A stretch of 24,475 nt of DNA from a virus: the IMG/VR virus record IMGVR_UViG_3300045988_011289, positions 1-24,475 of that record. The stretch is one strand, 5' to 3'. Each line of letters starts with the position of its first letter. Position 1 is the stretch's first letter. This document shows, piece after piece, positions 1-7,877 of this stretch. A program made the position numbers and the translations under genes. The notes beneath the pieces were generated by a model, which saw nothing but the letters and a program-made list of their open reading frames with translations, was not told where the DNA came from and made no database searches.

Positions 1-1799
1 GGCATGATAAATCCTAGTATTGTTGCAATAGACGTTCCTACATATGTTACAACCATAGTTATAAATGAAATGATTCCACTTACCACACTTCCAACTACTT
101 GAAGGATAGATGTTATTACAGGAGTCATACCGATAACTGTTTGAATAATCTTCTTAATGATTGCTAGAATCGGTGGTCCTACAACGCTAAGAATCTTTTG
201 AGCTTGGTTAACAACATTTTGAATTGCGTTACCTATTTTACTTAAGATTTCTTTTGCAATAGGTTCAAGAGCAACTTTCATTTCGTCAATCGCTTTTCTA
301 ACTTCATCAAAAGCAGGAGCTAACACCTCTGAAACTTGACTTGTCAATTCTGTAATTCCACTTGTATCAATCTTGCTTAATACATTTGAAATTACATCAC
401 CAACTTTAGCAAATCCTTGTTGAATACTTTGTATAGCTACTGTAATCAATCCAATGATACCTGCAAGAATAGGAGTAATAAGTTCGCCTATTGGAGTAAA
501 TGAATCAAGAAATGTACGCCCTAAGCCACTTAAAGCGTTCTTTAAGCCACCATTTGCGATATCTTTAACTTTATCCATTGCCCCTTCTACGTCTTTATAT
601 TTATTCCCTACTGTCGTTAAGGACTGAATGAATCCGGCGTTGAAATCTTCTCCCATTGTGCCGAAAGCCGTTGCAGATTTATTCAACTTTTCTTGTTCAT
701 TTGTAGTCTTTGAAATATCTTCTACAATCGCATTCACAACATCTTTTTGAGTTGCTCTTCCTTCTTGCCATGCCTTAAATACATCTTGTGTTTTGGTATC
801 AAAACTATCTAAAGCTCCTTCAATAGTTCCATCAACTAACCGTGTGGTAACTTCGTTGATTGCGTCATTAACTTTATCAAGGTTATAAGCTCCACCATCT
901 AATCCATTCTGCATTAATTGGAAATATTCATCTGCCGAATATCCTGCTTGTGCGAATTTACCGGAGTATTCTGAAATGTTGTCGCCTAACTCATCTGATT
1001 TGTTTAAACCATTCTGAGCACCTGTAGCCATAAGGTCGAAAGCTTCTTGAGAAGTGATTCCGAATTGCTTCATTAATTGTTGAGCACCTCTAAGAGTTTC
1101 ATTCTCATCCATATCGAATGTATCTCTTAAAGTTAATAAATCCTCGGTCACGTTCTTTAGGTCAACATCACTTATGCCTTGCATTTGTTGCTTGACTCTG
1201 CCCATCATATCGGCAACATCTGAAACATCTTCACCGAAATTGTTTGACCAAACATCACGAGCAATGTTTTTAAATTTGCTCATTTCATTGCTTGAAGCAC
1301 CTGTTTGAGCTTGAAATTTAGCCATAGCGTCATCTAATTCTGTAGCTTGGTTAACACCTGTCTTAATTGCTAATGCCATTCCACCGATAGCTCCTGCTAT
1401 GGCAGTAACACCAACAACACCTCCTACGCCTAATCCTGTTAGGGTTTCAGTGATTACAGTAGCTTCCGGACTGATATTCTGAATCTTTCCTAATAGTCCA
1501 TCAAATCCACCTTGAATTGATTCTAAGGCACTGTTTCCTACTTTTTTAAATACATCAAATTTAGAACCTGTTTCTTGCGTTTCTGTTTGTGTATTCTTTT
1601 GCTCTTCGTTTAAATCTTTAAGTTTATCTTTAATCTTTGGTGGTGCTTTTGAACCATCAGAACCTAACTTGTCGATTGCTTTTGAAGTTTCTTTGATAGC
1701 ATTTGTAGCTCCACTTGTGACTTCATGAACGGATTTCATTCCATTCTCTAGACCACTTGTATCAATCTTTGTATCAAACTTTAATGTTCCGTCTGATAT
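1..1799 (-). CDS. Tail tape measure protein, N-terminal ~600 codons (gene runs past window start)
   Basis: The minus frame is open from 1799 to the window edge. It is not in the ORF track because it has no in-window stop or canonical start. My translation contains ...AMAKFQAQTGASSNEMSKFKNIARDVWSNNFGEDVSDVADMMGRV...LRGAQQLMKQFGITSQEAFDLMATGAQNGLNKSDELGDNISEYSGKFAQAGYSADEYF..., which resembles the TP901-type TMP core as I recall it, plus Gly/Ala/Ile-rich hydrophobic stretches. It follows two chaperone-slot ORFs. There is an in-frame TGA at 1800-1802. The first sense codon is ATA (1797-1799), 11 nt after GGAGG (1811-1815). The first ATG is at 1739. Confidence 0.9.
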   Translation of the reverse strand, partial: MSDGTLKFDTKIDTSGLENGMKSVHEVTSGATNAIKETSKAIDKLGSDGSKAPPKIKDKLKDLNEEQKNTQTETQETGSKFDVFKKVGNSALESIQGGFDGLLGKIQNISPEATVITETLTGLGVGGVVGVTAIAGAIGGMALAIKTGVNQATELDDAMAKFQAQTGASSNEMSKFKNIARDVWSNNFGEDVSDVADMMGRVKQQMQGISDVDLKNVTEDLLTLRDTFDMDENETLRGAQQLMKQFGITSQEAFDLMATGAQNGLNKSDELGDNISEYSGKFAQAGYSADEYFQLMQNGLDGGAYNLDKVNDAINEVTTRLVDGTIEGALDSFDTKTQDVFKAWQEGRATQKDVVNAIVEDISKTTNEQEKLNKSATAFGTMGEDFNAGFIQSLTTVGNKYKDVEGAMDKVKDIANGGLKNALSGLGRTFLDSFTPIGELITPILAGIIGLITVAIQSIQQGFAKVGDVISNVLSKIDTSGITELTSQVSEVLAPAFDEVRKAIDEMKVALEPIAKEILSKIGNAIQNVVNQAQKILSVVGPPILAIIKKIIQTVIGMTPVITSILQVVGSVVSGIISFITMVVTYVGTSIATILGFIM

Positions 1800-1819
1800 T
1801 CAATTTGCCACCTCCTTTT

Positions 1820-2383
1820 CTAAACATCAAAATATGAATCGAATTCATCTTTCATTTCTTGTTCCTCTATTGTTAACTCGATTGGGAAAGACCATGCTTC
1901 TTTTGCTCTTTGATATGCTTTATCCTGTGTATCATTCTTTGAAGGCTTTTCATACCCTCTAACACTCTTTGCATATCCCCATAAAGTTGAATCACCTACA
2001 ATATTGTTTGATAACGCTAGAAACTTATGCCAGTGCATATCGCATTCAGTTAAATCAATGCCGTAAAGTTGCATAAAAGCCGAATAAATATATTCACCAT
2101 CTTGTACATAATCTAATGTCTTAACGCCTGTAGAATCACTTCTAGGCGTACTAGAAGGGTTGTATAGGAATTGCTCTAACTCTTTTAAAATATGCTTATC
2201 TATGATAGGTGGTTCATCTACAAATAAATAAGAACAATCTACTTCATCAACAACATGATTGTTGAATCGCTCTAATTCTTCATAGAATCTTATCCATAAT
2301 CGAAAGTCTGTATTTAATAAAATAGGCTCGCCATCTAGCGATTGTATGCTATTTGGCAAGCCTTTTATGCGTAAATCAATCAT
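1820..2383 (-). CDS. Tail assembly chaperone-slot protein (Gp15-like)
   Basis: Track ORF of 187 aa in an ATGA overlap with the upstream ORF. It lies directly upstream of the TMP. It resembles the 'bacteriophage Gp15' family of A118-like siphoviruses from memory. Confidence 0.75.
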   Translation of the reverse strand: MIDLRIKGLPNSIQSLDGEPILLNTDFRLWIRFYEELERFNNHVVDEVDCSYLFVDEPPIIDKHILKELEQFLYNPSSTPRSDSTGVKTLDYVQDGEYIYSAFMQLYGIDLTECDMHWHKFLALSNNIVGDSTLWGYAKSVRGYEKPSKNDTQDKAYQRAKEAWSFPIELTIEEQEMKDEFDSYFDV

Positions 2384-2742
2384 TTCTTCGCCGAAATGCT
2401 AGAAACAGTTTTGCTTGCGTCAAGAAATTGCTTCATTCCATTTGTTCCGAATGTTGTTTTTAATTTCTTTTCTAACTGTTCAACCGTTTTCTTTGAATAT
2501 TCATCATCAATCAAATTGACAATATACAATACTTCCATCAAATCAACTTGTTCAAAGTCTGCACTTCCTAACATGCTTTCAATTTGTTCATCTGTTAATA
2601 CTGTTTTCAGATAGTCGAATTTAGCTCGATATGCTTCTTCATGCGTTGCGTGAAATGCGTTACAAGCGTCCTCTGCTTTTAATACTTCAATTGTTTTAGG
2701 TGGGATTTCGTACTGCTTCCCTTCATACGTGATTCTATTCAT
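2380..2742 (-). CDS. Tail assembly chaperone-slot protein (gpG position)
   Basis: Track ORF of 120 aa with an ATG preceded by AAGAGG. It is the first of two ORFs between the tail tube gene and the TMP. The function is assigned by position only. Confidence 0.7.
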   Translation of the reverse strand: MNRITYEGKQYEIPPKTIEVLKAEDACNAFHATHEEAYRAKFDYLKTVLTDEQIESMLGSADFEQVDLMEVLYIVNLIDDEYSKKTVEQLEKKLKTTFGTNGMKQFLDASKTVSSISAKK

Positions 2743-2760
2743 GATTTACCTCTTCTTTCT

Positions 2761-3267
2761 TTATACTTCTGATGTGCCTTCTGTGAAGGTTACTGTTCCA
2801 TCTGCTACCTTTGCAACACCGACACGAATATCGCTTGCAAAGTTAATATTGAAGTTGATTTTTGAATCGACACCGCTTAATGTATCGAAAATCAATTTAG
2901 CGTCAACTTCCCACGCTTTATAGCCTTTAGTTTTGTCTCCGTCAAACATAAATACAAGTAAAGCTTTTGTATTTACTTCTTCGTTGTTTGGTACGGATTT
3001 CATCATTTGTTCGTAAATGTATTCAAAATCATCTTCGCCTTTAATCATTGTTAAATCTTGCGAAATCTGAGGTGAATAACTCTTTAATGATTCTGTTGGG
3101 TTCTTATCTGCGATAAAGTCATACGTTTCAGTTTCACTATTGAATGAAATATCTAAAGTTGTAGACTTTTTAATTCGCTTGTAACCTTCTCCCATTTGTA
3201 AGAACAATCCAATCATATACTTCTTGACTGTTTGTCCTGTAGTTACTTCAGTTCCTTGAGTTGCTAT
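2761..3267 (-). CDS. Major tail (tube) protein, ATA-start model (168 aa)
   Basis: This extends track ORF 2761-3216. The frame is open up to the TAA at 3271-3273. ATA at 3265-3267 lies 8 nt after AAAGGAG (3276-3282) and overlaps the upstream TAA as TAATA. The extension reads (M)ATQGTEVTTGQTVKKY-MIGLF. The ATG at 3216 has no SD. The position between the head-tail joining genes and the chaperones supports the call. Confidence 0.8.
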   Translation of the reverse strand: MATQGTEVTTGQTVKKYMIGLFLQMGEGYKRIKKSTTLDISFNSETETYDFIADKNPTESLKSYSPQISQDLTMIKGEDDFEYIYEQMMKSVPNNEEVNTKALLVFMFDGDKTKGYKAWEVDAKLIFDTLSGVDSKINFNINFASDIRVGVAKVADGTVTFTEGTSEV

Positions 3268-3686
3268 TAATTAAGCTCCTTTCTGTATTTGACTTGAATA
3301 GTTAACGCATATACTGCTTGACTATCCTCATTTGTGTATAGATATAAACCACTTGAAACGGAAACATCCTCACAATATCTGTTTCCGTCTAGTTGTGGCA
3401 ATTCTCCGCTTAAATTCTTTTCATCAATCCAATTTTCTAATTCTTCTAGAAAAACATTGTTATCTTGCCTTTCTGATTCAATTTGTGTATTCCTACGAGC
3501 TAGAAACGTGTAGTATTCAGTACGCATTTGAGAACCATCAATGTATGTATTTACAATTGCGTTAGGTTCTTTATACAACGCATAAGAGATAGCTTGTTGC
3601 GCTAAAACATCCGTTTCAATACGTTCATCTATCTGTATATTTCCGTAGCCATATAGCCATTGAATCAACGCTTTTGATACTGTCAT
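3267..3686 (-). CDS. Tail completion / tail terminator-slot protein
   Basis: Track ORF of 139 aa with AGGAGG upstream of the ATG. It sits immediately upstream of the tail tube gene. The function is assigned by position. Confidence 0.7.
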   Translation of the reverse strand: MTVSKALIQWLYGYGNIQIDERIETDVLAQQAISYALYKEPNAIVNTYIDGSQMRTEYYTFLARRNTQIESERQDNNVFLEELENWIDEKNLSGELPQLDGNRYCEDVSVSSGLYLYTNEDSQAVYALTIQVKYRKELN

Positions 3687-4039
3687 TCACTACCTCCTAT
3701 CATTTTTTGCGCTTTCTTTAAGATTGTCTCTGCTCCACCATTTCGCATAGATTTTTTAAACCAATGGTCTGATTTACCGCCAACGAAATGAGCATTCTCT
3801 TTGTTGTAATACCACCGTCTAGCATAAGGTGCACTTGGTCCACCTTGCTTTACTAATCCACTACCGATTTGTGTTAATCGTGTAGCCGAGTTTATCAATG
3901 CTCCTGTGTCTCTAGGCGTATAAGTGGTCATAAGCCTAATAACTTCAGAGTCAATCATTTGTTGCACTCGTCCACGTTCTTCAAGTCCTCTTGATTGTTT
4001 AATTTGGGGAATTGATTCAACATCAAGTTTGACTTTCAT
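3683..4039 (-). CDS. HK97 gp10-like head-tail joining protein
   Basis: This uses the frame of track ORF 3683-4063. I start at ATG 4039, with GGGAGG upstream, 2 nt after the previous stop. The motif ...TPRDTGALINS...APYARRWYY... is typical of the gp10 family from memory. Confidence 0.75.
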   Translation of the reverse strand: MKVKLDVESIPQIKQSRGLEERGRVQQMIDSEVIRLMTTYTPRDTGALINSATRLTQIGSGLVKQGGPSAPYARRWYYNKENAHFVGGKSDHWFKKSMRNGGAETILKKAQKMIGGSE

Positions 4040-4041
4040 TC

Positions 4042-4461
4042 CTATTGACCGACAACCTCCCAATGCTTCAACATATCAACATTCGTACAATCTGTTACGC
4101 TTTGAATTGTTGTCCATTTGTGCTTTTTCTTCGCTTCATTGATTGCCTTGATGTTAGATAAATCTTCTTCGACTTCTCCAAAGAATACGAAATCAGTTTT
4201 ATCTGTATTTAATGTGAAGTGCTTTTGCTTTTCATCATTTGAAAGCTTTGCATATGCGTAAGGTTCAACATATCCCTCACGATATAGAATGGTAATATTT
4301 GTGGATGTGGCTATGCTCAGAATATTACCGTTTGCAGTTCTAACAGTTGATTGTCTCCACATACATTTATCAAGTATAGAAGCTTGAAACCTATCTTCTC
4401 TTGTTAACGTGTCATAGTAGTGATTTACAAGTGTGATTGAATCTTCAAAAAATCCTATCAT
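4042..4461 (-). CDS. Head closure / head-tail joining protein
   Basis: This uses the frame of track ORF 4042-4506. I start at ATG 4461, which lies in an ATGA overlap with the upstream stop. The function is assigned by position. It contains one copy of the VEPYAYAKLSNDE repeat. Confidence 0.7.
   Translation of the reverse strand: MIGFFEDSITLVNHYYDTLTREDRFQASILDKCMWRQSTVRTANGNILSIATSTNITILYREGYVEPYAYAKLSNDEKQKHFTLNTDKTDFVFFGEVEEDLSNIKAINEAKKKHKWTTIQSVTDCTNVDMLKHWEVVGQ
4235..4269. repeat. 35-nt direct repeat, copy A (32/35 identical to 4887-4921)
   Basis: tcatttgaaagctttgcatatgcgtaaggttcaac here versus tcatttgaaagtttcacatatgcgtaaggttcaac in copy B. Both copies are read in the same minus frame as VEPYAY(A/V)KLSNDE. 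Confidence 0.85.
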
Positions 4462-4805
4462 AATGCAATCCATCTTTCTTTCATTAAATCTGTATCGCCT
4501 AACCAAAAGGCTATGATATCCTCAAGCATGTTCCTTTTATCCGAGTGTGTAGTGTTTGTAAAGCTTTTGGAATATCCACCATTTGAGATACTTGATACAC
4601 CATCAATCGAATCTTGAAAGATTACATTGTTTAATACATCACAGATACAATCTTTTAAAGTACCTTCGTTCTGTTCATTAATAGAATCAACATTAACATA
4701 CTTCAATACCATTGCTTCTGCTTTGTAAGAATACTGATTGAATTGATTTTCATCAAATTTAGGAAAATGGGAATTGTAATATTCCCAATCTAAAATATTG
4801 TTCAT
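4458..4805 (-). CDS. Head-tail connector/adaptor-slot protein
   Basis: Track ORF of 115 aa with an ATG after AAAGGGGG. It is the first gene after the capsid region. The function is assigned by position. Confidence 0.7.
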   Translation of the reverse strand: MNNILDWEYYNSHFPKFDENQFNQYSYKAEAMVLKYVNVDSINEQNEGTLKDCICDVLNNVIFQDSIDGVSSISNGGYSKSFTNTTHSDKRNMLEDIIAFWLGDTDLMKERWIAL

Positions 4806-4825
4806 TTTACAACCCCCTTTTTTTG

Positions 4826-4966
4826 CTATTTTTTCTTTTTATCTTGAGGTTTAGCTTCCTCTTTTTCTTCTGTGGGTTCTTCTTCGTCATTTGAAAGTTT
4901 CACATATGCGTAAGGTTCAACCTTTTTATCGATAGAAGGATAACCCCATCCGATTTCCACTGCCAT
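4826..4966 (-). CDS. Small charged ORF (46 aa) following the capsid gene
   Basis: It is not in the track because it is under 60 aa. ATG 4964-4966 overlaps the capsid TAA as TAATG. The product is MAVEIGWGYPSIDKKVEPYAYVKLSNDEEEPTEEKEEAKPQDKKKK. It fills the whole gap and carries repeat copy B. Confidence 0.45.
   Translation of the reverse strand: MAVEIGWGYPSIDKKVEPYAYVKLSNDEEEPTEEKEEAKPQDKKKK
4887..4921. repeat. 35-nt direct repeat, copy B
   Basis: See copy A at 4235-4269. Confidence 0.85.
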
Positions 4967-5835
4967 TACTTCGCACTAGCAGATAAGTAAATACCTGCTA
5001 CCTTATTTTCGTATACATCTACGATTCCATATTTACGATATTTCAATACATCTGAATCTGATTCGATGTTATTTTTTGCAGGAATCACATTTGAAACAGT
5101 GTGTTTATCCCATTTCATTACGGCAGGTTTGTGAACAATTAAGAAGTTGATTGCGTGTCCATCCTCTGCCTTTTCGTATCCGCCCTCTAACTCTGTATCT
5201 TTTCCACTCAACAATTTAATTTTTGTATAGAATCGTGTTGAAGGTACAGGAACAATTTTTGCAAATCCTTGTAAAGCTTCACGTGATTTGTATGTATCTA
5301 ATGCTTTAACGCTATTTAATAATGTTGGTGTTGAATATAAGATACGTTGTTCGCTAGGAACTTCATCCTCATCCATTTTAGTGATAGCCGTTAATAATGC
5401 ACTCAAGAACTCTTCTGCACCTGTATAATCTTCTGAAACCGTTGTGATTCCTGTTGTGCCGGCAATCTTAGCGAATGTGTAAGCGTCTGCTTCCGGTGCA
5501 ACCTTTGTACGCATTAATTCCGCTCCTGCCATGCCGAATGCAATATTCATTGATTCTGCGTTATCTTGTGTATCAACTGAGATTTTAGTTCCTCTATCAT
5601 AGTCGAATGTAGCAGTTTTCCATTCTAACTTAACTGAGTTACCTGTATAACCACTGTTTCTATCGTAGTTTCCTAAACCTTTAACAGAAATTTGTGGGTA
5701 GATGATTTCTTTTGCGTTTGCTCCTGCTCGTACCATTGTAGCGCTTGCGTTTAAATCACCTGTGACTGAAGCTAACTTATATACCTCATCCAAATTTGAG
5801 ACATACGTTTTAGCTAATGCAATTTCATTTGGTAT
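4966..5835 (-). CDS. Major capsid protein, ATA-start model (289 aa)
   Basis: This extends track ORF 4966-5793, which starts at TTG. The frame is open up to the TAA at 5839-5841. ATA at 5833-5835 lies 9 nt after GGAGG (5845-5849). The extension reads (M)PNEIALAKTYVSN-LDEVYKLASVTG, which looks like a complete capsid N-terminus. The gene follows the scaffold gene. Confidence 0.85.
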   Translation of the reverse strand: MPNEIALAKTYVSNLDEVYKLASVTGDLNASATMVRAGANAKEIIYPQISVKGLGNYDRNSGYTGNSVKLEWKTATFDYDRGTKISVDTQDNAESMNIAFGMAGAELMRTKVAPEADAYTFAKIAGTTGITTVSEDYTGAEEFLSALLTAITKMDEDEVPSEQRILYSTPTLLNSVKALDTYKSREALQGFAKIVPVPSTRFYTKIKLLSGKDTELEGGYEKAEDGHAINFLIVHKPAVMKWDKHTVSNVIPAKNNIESDSDVLKYRKYGIVDVYENKVAGIYLSASAK

Positions 5836-5849
5836 TAATTAAATCCTCC

Positions 5850-6434
5850 TTATTTCTTTTCTGTAGTTAAGCCCATTGCCTGTCGTAACAATAAATCTTC
5901 GGCGTTTGGGTTATCTCCTTGCCCACTGCTTCCAACAATATTACCTTTAACACTAGGCTCATTTTGTTTTTCTTCAAACAAGATTGGCTTATTCTCTTTC
6001 AAAGTTTTGAAAGCTTTGTCAATGTCATTTGTTTGGTCTTTTGAATTTAGTAAATCATCATAGTTGAATTGTGATTTTGCTAATTCGAAATCTTTACATC
6101 CGTATTCTTTAGCTTTTGCGCTTAATACAGAATCAAGATTCATTTTGCTAATTTGAGTTTCGTATGTAGTCTTTTGAGTATCAATATCATTCGTCAATGT
6201 ATTGATTTTATTTTTCAATTCTTCTACATCAACCCCATCATAGCTTTTCTTGAAATTATCAAACTTTGTTTGAATTTCCTTTGCATTGTTTTCTGCTAAA
6301 GATAGCTTATCTTTCTGCTTATCGAACTCTGCAATTGTCTTGTAGTTATCATTTACTAGCTTTGTAATTGATTCCTCTTGTTCTTTGGTTAATTCAATGT
6401 TTGATTCTTTTAAAATTTCAATAATGTTTTTCAT
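5850..6434 (-). CDS. Scaffolding protein (GP20-like)
   Basis: Track ORF of 194 aa that is coiled-coil and charged. AGGAGGG lies upstream of the ATG. It sits directly upstream of the capsid gene. Confidence 0.8.
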   Translation of the reverse strand: MKNIIEILKESNIELTKEQEESITKLVNDNYKTIAEFDKQKDKLSLAENNAKEIQTKFDNFKKSYDGVDVEELKNKINTLTNDIDTQKTTYETQISKMNLDSVLSAKAKEYGCKDFELAKSQFNYDDLLNSKDQTNDIDKAFKTLKENKPILFEEKQNEPSVKGNIVGSSGQGDNPNAEDLLLRQAMGLTTEKK

Positions 6435-6512
6435 TTTGCCCTCCTAAAGTTATTTATAAACCGAATCTTCTCCGGTATGGCTTTGGCTAACTATATTTTA
6501 GCTTGAATAATA

Positions 6513-6527
6513 GCTCACAATGTGAGC
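6513..6527. promoter_or_regulatory. 15-nt palindrome GCTCACA-N-TGTGAGC (copy 1 of 2)
   Basis: gctcacaatgtgagc lies 3 nt downstream of the minor capsid stop codon. The same core recurs at 15547-15561. It could be a hairpin (6 bp stem, 3 nt loop) or a dimeric protein-binding site. Confidence 0.5.
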
Positions 6528-6530
6528 GTT

Positions 6531-7700
6531 TTAGCCGATTCTAAGCCTATCGTTGTGAACTCTATCTCCCATTTCAGAACTGAAAGCTTTATATACTGCA
6601 TTTGCGTGTTTTAACTTGACTTTGGCTTCTGTACTGCTTAATCCTTGATTGTCCAATAAGATTACTTCCCTCTTTAATGCTCTGATGTTTCTTTCTAATT
6701 CTCTTTGATACTGCCTAGCTTCATATCCTTCATATTTTTTCCCTTGGAATGTGAAAGGCTTTGTATCAATATTCTTTAACTGCTCTTTTGTGTAGGCATA
6801 AGGCATATCAACATCCCATACAGGTTGTGCAAAGTGTCTACATCCATAATCTTTTTCTTCTCCATGCGTCAACTGAAACAAGCTAGGATATAGTTTCCCT
6901 TGCGTATCATATCGCTTCCCTTGCCACTTCTTATGAGTGGGTCTTGCGTTTGCGTGAGCGTCAAACTCAAATACAGTAACTCCCAAATCTTTAGCACATT
7001 TATTGTTAATTTCTTGTGATGATTCCTTTTCTGCGTACTGCATTTGTTGCCTTACCCACACATCCACATTTCGCTTTACGCCTGTATCATATTCAACAAT
7101 CTTTACGCCACTATTTGCCAATTTAGAAATTGCTTTTCTACATGAATCATCAATTGTGCATTTACCACCTACTACATTTTTAACTTCTTCTTGAACTACC
7201 TTTGTAAAGAATACCGGTAGTTTATCTTTACCGATTGCATACGTGTTTGCGTTTGATTTGATATATTTCTTCCAACGCTTTGAAGTGTCATTTTGTAAAT
7301 CCATTTTGAGCTTCTTTTTGATAGGTTTTCCACTTGCTTCTTTGATTAAATCAAGTGTTCCTTGCTTATTTTCTTCAAAATCCTTTTTTGATTCATTGAT
7401 TACATCCTTTTTTAGGCTTTTTGATTCTTTTTTTGTAAATTTACGCAAATCTACTAGTGATTTTGCCAATATCTCATTAAATTTTGCGTTTTCTTCGGTG
7501 TTTTTCTCTAAAACCTCACGAATTTTATTTGAAATGAATATCATCATTCCTAATTCAAATACACTAGCACGCTTAACGCTTTTTCTTTCTCTTTCCTCAA
7601 GCTTTCTTCTTTTTTCAATCTGCTTTTGTAGGCGTTCTTGTTTCCTTTCTTCTTGCCTTTTTTTACGTTCTTGTTCCCTTTGTTCTTCTTCACTTAACAT
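6531..7700 (-). CDS. Minor capsid / head morphogenesis protein (SPP1 gp7-like / minor capsid protein 2-like)
   Basis: Track ORF of 389 aa with an ATG after GGAGGG. The C-terminal part, ...ARPTHKKWQGKRYD...YGCRHF..., resembles this family from memory. The first ~45 residues are hypercharged and rich in E, R and K. Confidence 0.75.
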   Translation of the reverse strand: MLSEEEQREQERKKRQEERKQERLQKQIEKRRKLEERERKSVKRASVFELGMMIFISNKIREVLEKNTEENAKFNEILAKSLVDLRKFTKKESKSLKKDVINESKKDFEENKQGTLDLIKEASGKPIKKKLKMDLQNDTSKRWKKYIKSNANTYAIGKDKLPVFFTKVVQEEVKNVVGGKCTIDDSCRKAISKLANSGVKIVEYDTGVKRNVDVWVRQQMQYAEKESSQEINNKCAKDLGVTVFEFDAHANARPTHKKWQGKRYDTQGKLYPSLFQLTHGEEKDYGCRHFAQPVWDVDMPYAYTKEQLKNIDTKPFTFQGKKYEGYEARQYQRELERNIRALKREVILLDNQGLSSTEAKVKLKHANAVYKAFSSEMGDRVHNDRLRIG

Positions 7701-7714
7701 TTATATGCCCTCCT

Positions 7715-7740
7715 ACAGAAAAAGGGCATTTAAGCCCTTT
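7715..7740 (-). terminator. Intrinsic terminator at the end of the fibre cassette
   Basis: The minus strand reads AAAGGGC-TTAAAT-GCCCTTT followed by TTCTGT. It lies 17 nt after the XkdX-like stop and just before the SD of the minor capsid gene. Confidence 0.65.
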
Positions 7741-7756
7741 AAAACGCTTTTAAAGC

Positions 7757-7876
7757 TTATTTAATTAATTCTTTTCTCTGAGTTTCTGTAATCCAACCGA
7801 TAGAAGCAAACATTTCTAAATCACTTTTTGTAAATAAGCCTAATTCATAATACGATTTAATTAATTCATAACTCAT
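7757..7876 (-). CDS. XkdX-family small protein (39 aa)
   Basis: It is not in the track. The product is MSYELIKSYYELGLFTKSDLEMFASIGWITETQRKELIK. Its size, the YY..G and G.IT motifs, and its position after the fibre genes all match XkdX. Confidence 0.7.
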   Translation of the reverse strand: MSYELIKSYYELGLFTKSDLEMFASIGWITETQRKELIK

Positions 7877-7877
7877 A

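Noticed and set aside
1801-1803. TTG with ideal spacing to AAGGAGG as the tape measure start.
   Set aside because: Its frame terminates after 9 codons (TGA). It is not in the TMP frame unless there is a one-base indel, which I cannot assess from a single sequence.
1820-2742. Programmed -1 frameshift (gpG/gpGT-type) between the two chaperone-slot ORFs.
   Set aside because: The ORFs are joined by a simple ATGA stop/start overlap. I found no slippery heptamer of the XXXYYYZ type near the end of 2380-2742.
4462-4506. Long N-terminal extensions of track ORFs, with starts at 4506, 4063, 9163, 10632, 17063, 19085, 20248, 22814 and 24200.
   Set aside because: These starts lie inside the preceding gene and have no SD. 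An internal ATG with an SD and/or an ATGA or TAATG coupling to the upstream stop is present in each case, so the shorter models were used.
7243-7764. Plus-strand ORFs in the track: 7243-7764 (173 aa), 20434-20865 (143 aa), 13788-14087, 13849-14103, 2396-2614, 2729-2923, 3332-3565, 3924-4142, 7003-7194, 12888-13091, 15671-15856, 16383-16586, 18459-18665, 18679-18867, 19546-19782 and 24057-24260.
   Set aside because: All lie antisense to well-supported minus-strand genes. Their products are Phe/Ser/Leu/Cys-rich and low-complexity, as expected for shadow frames in AT-rich DNA. None has a Shine-Dalgarno site and none fits the operon architecture.
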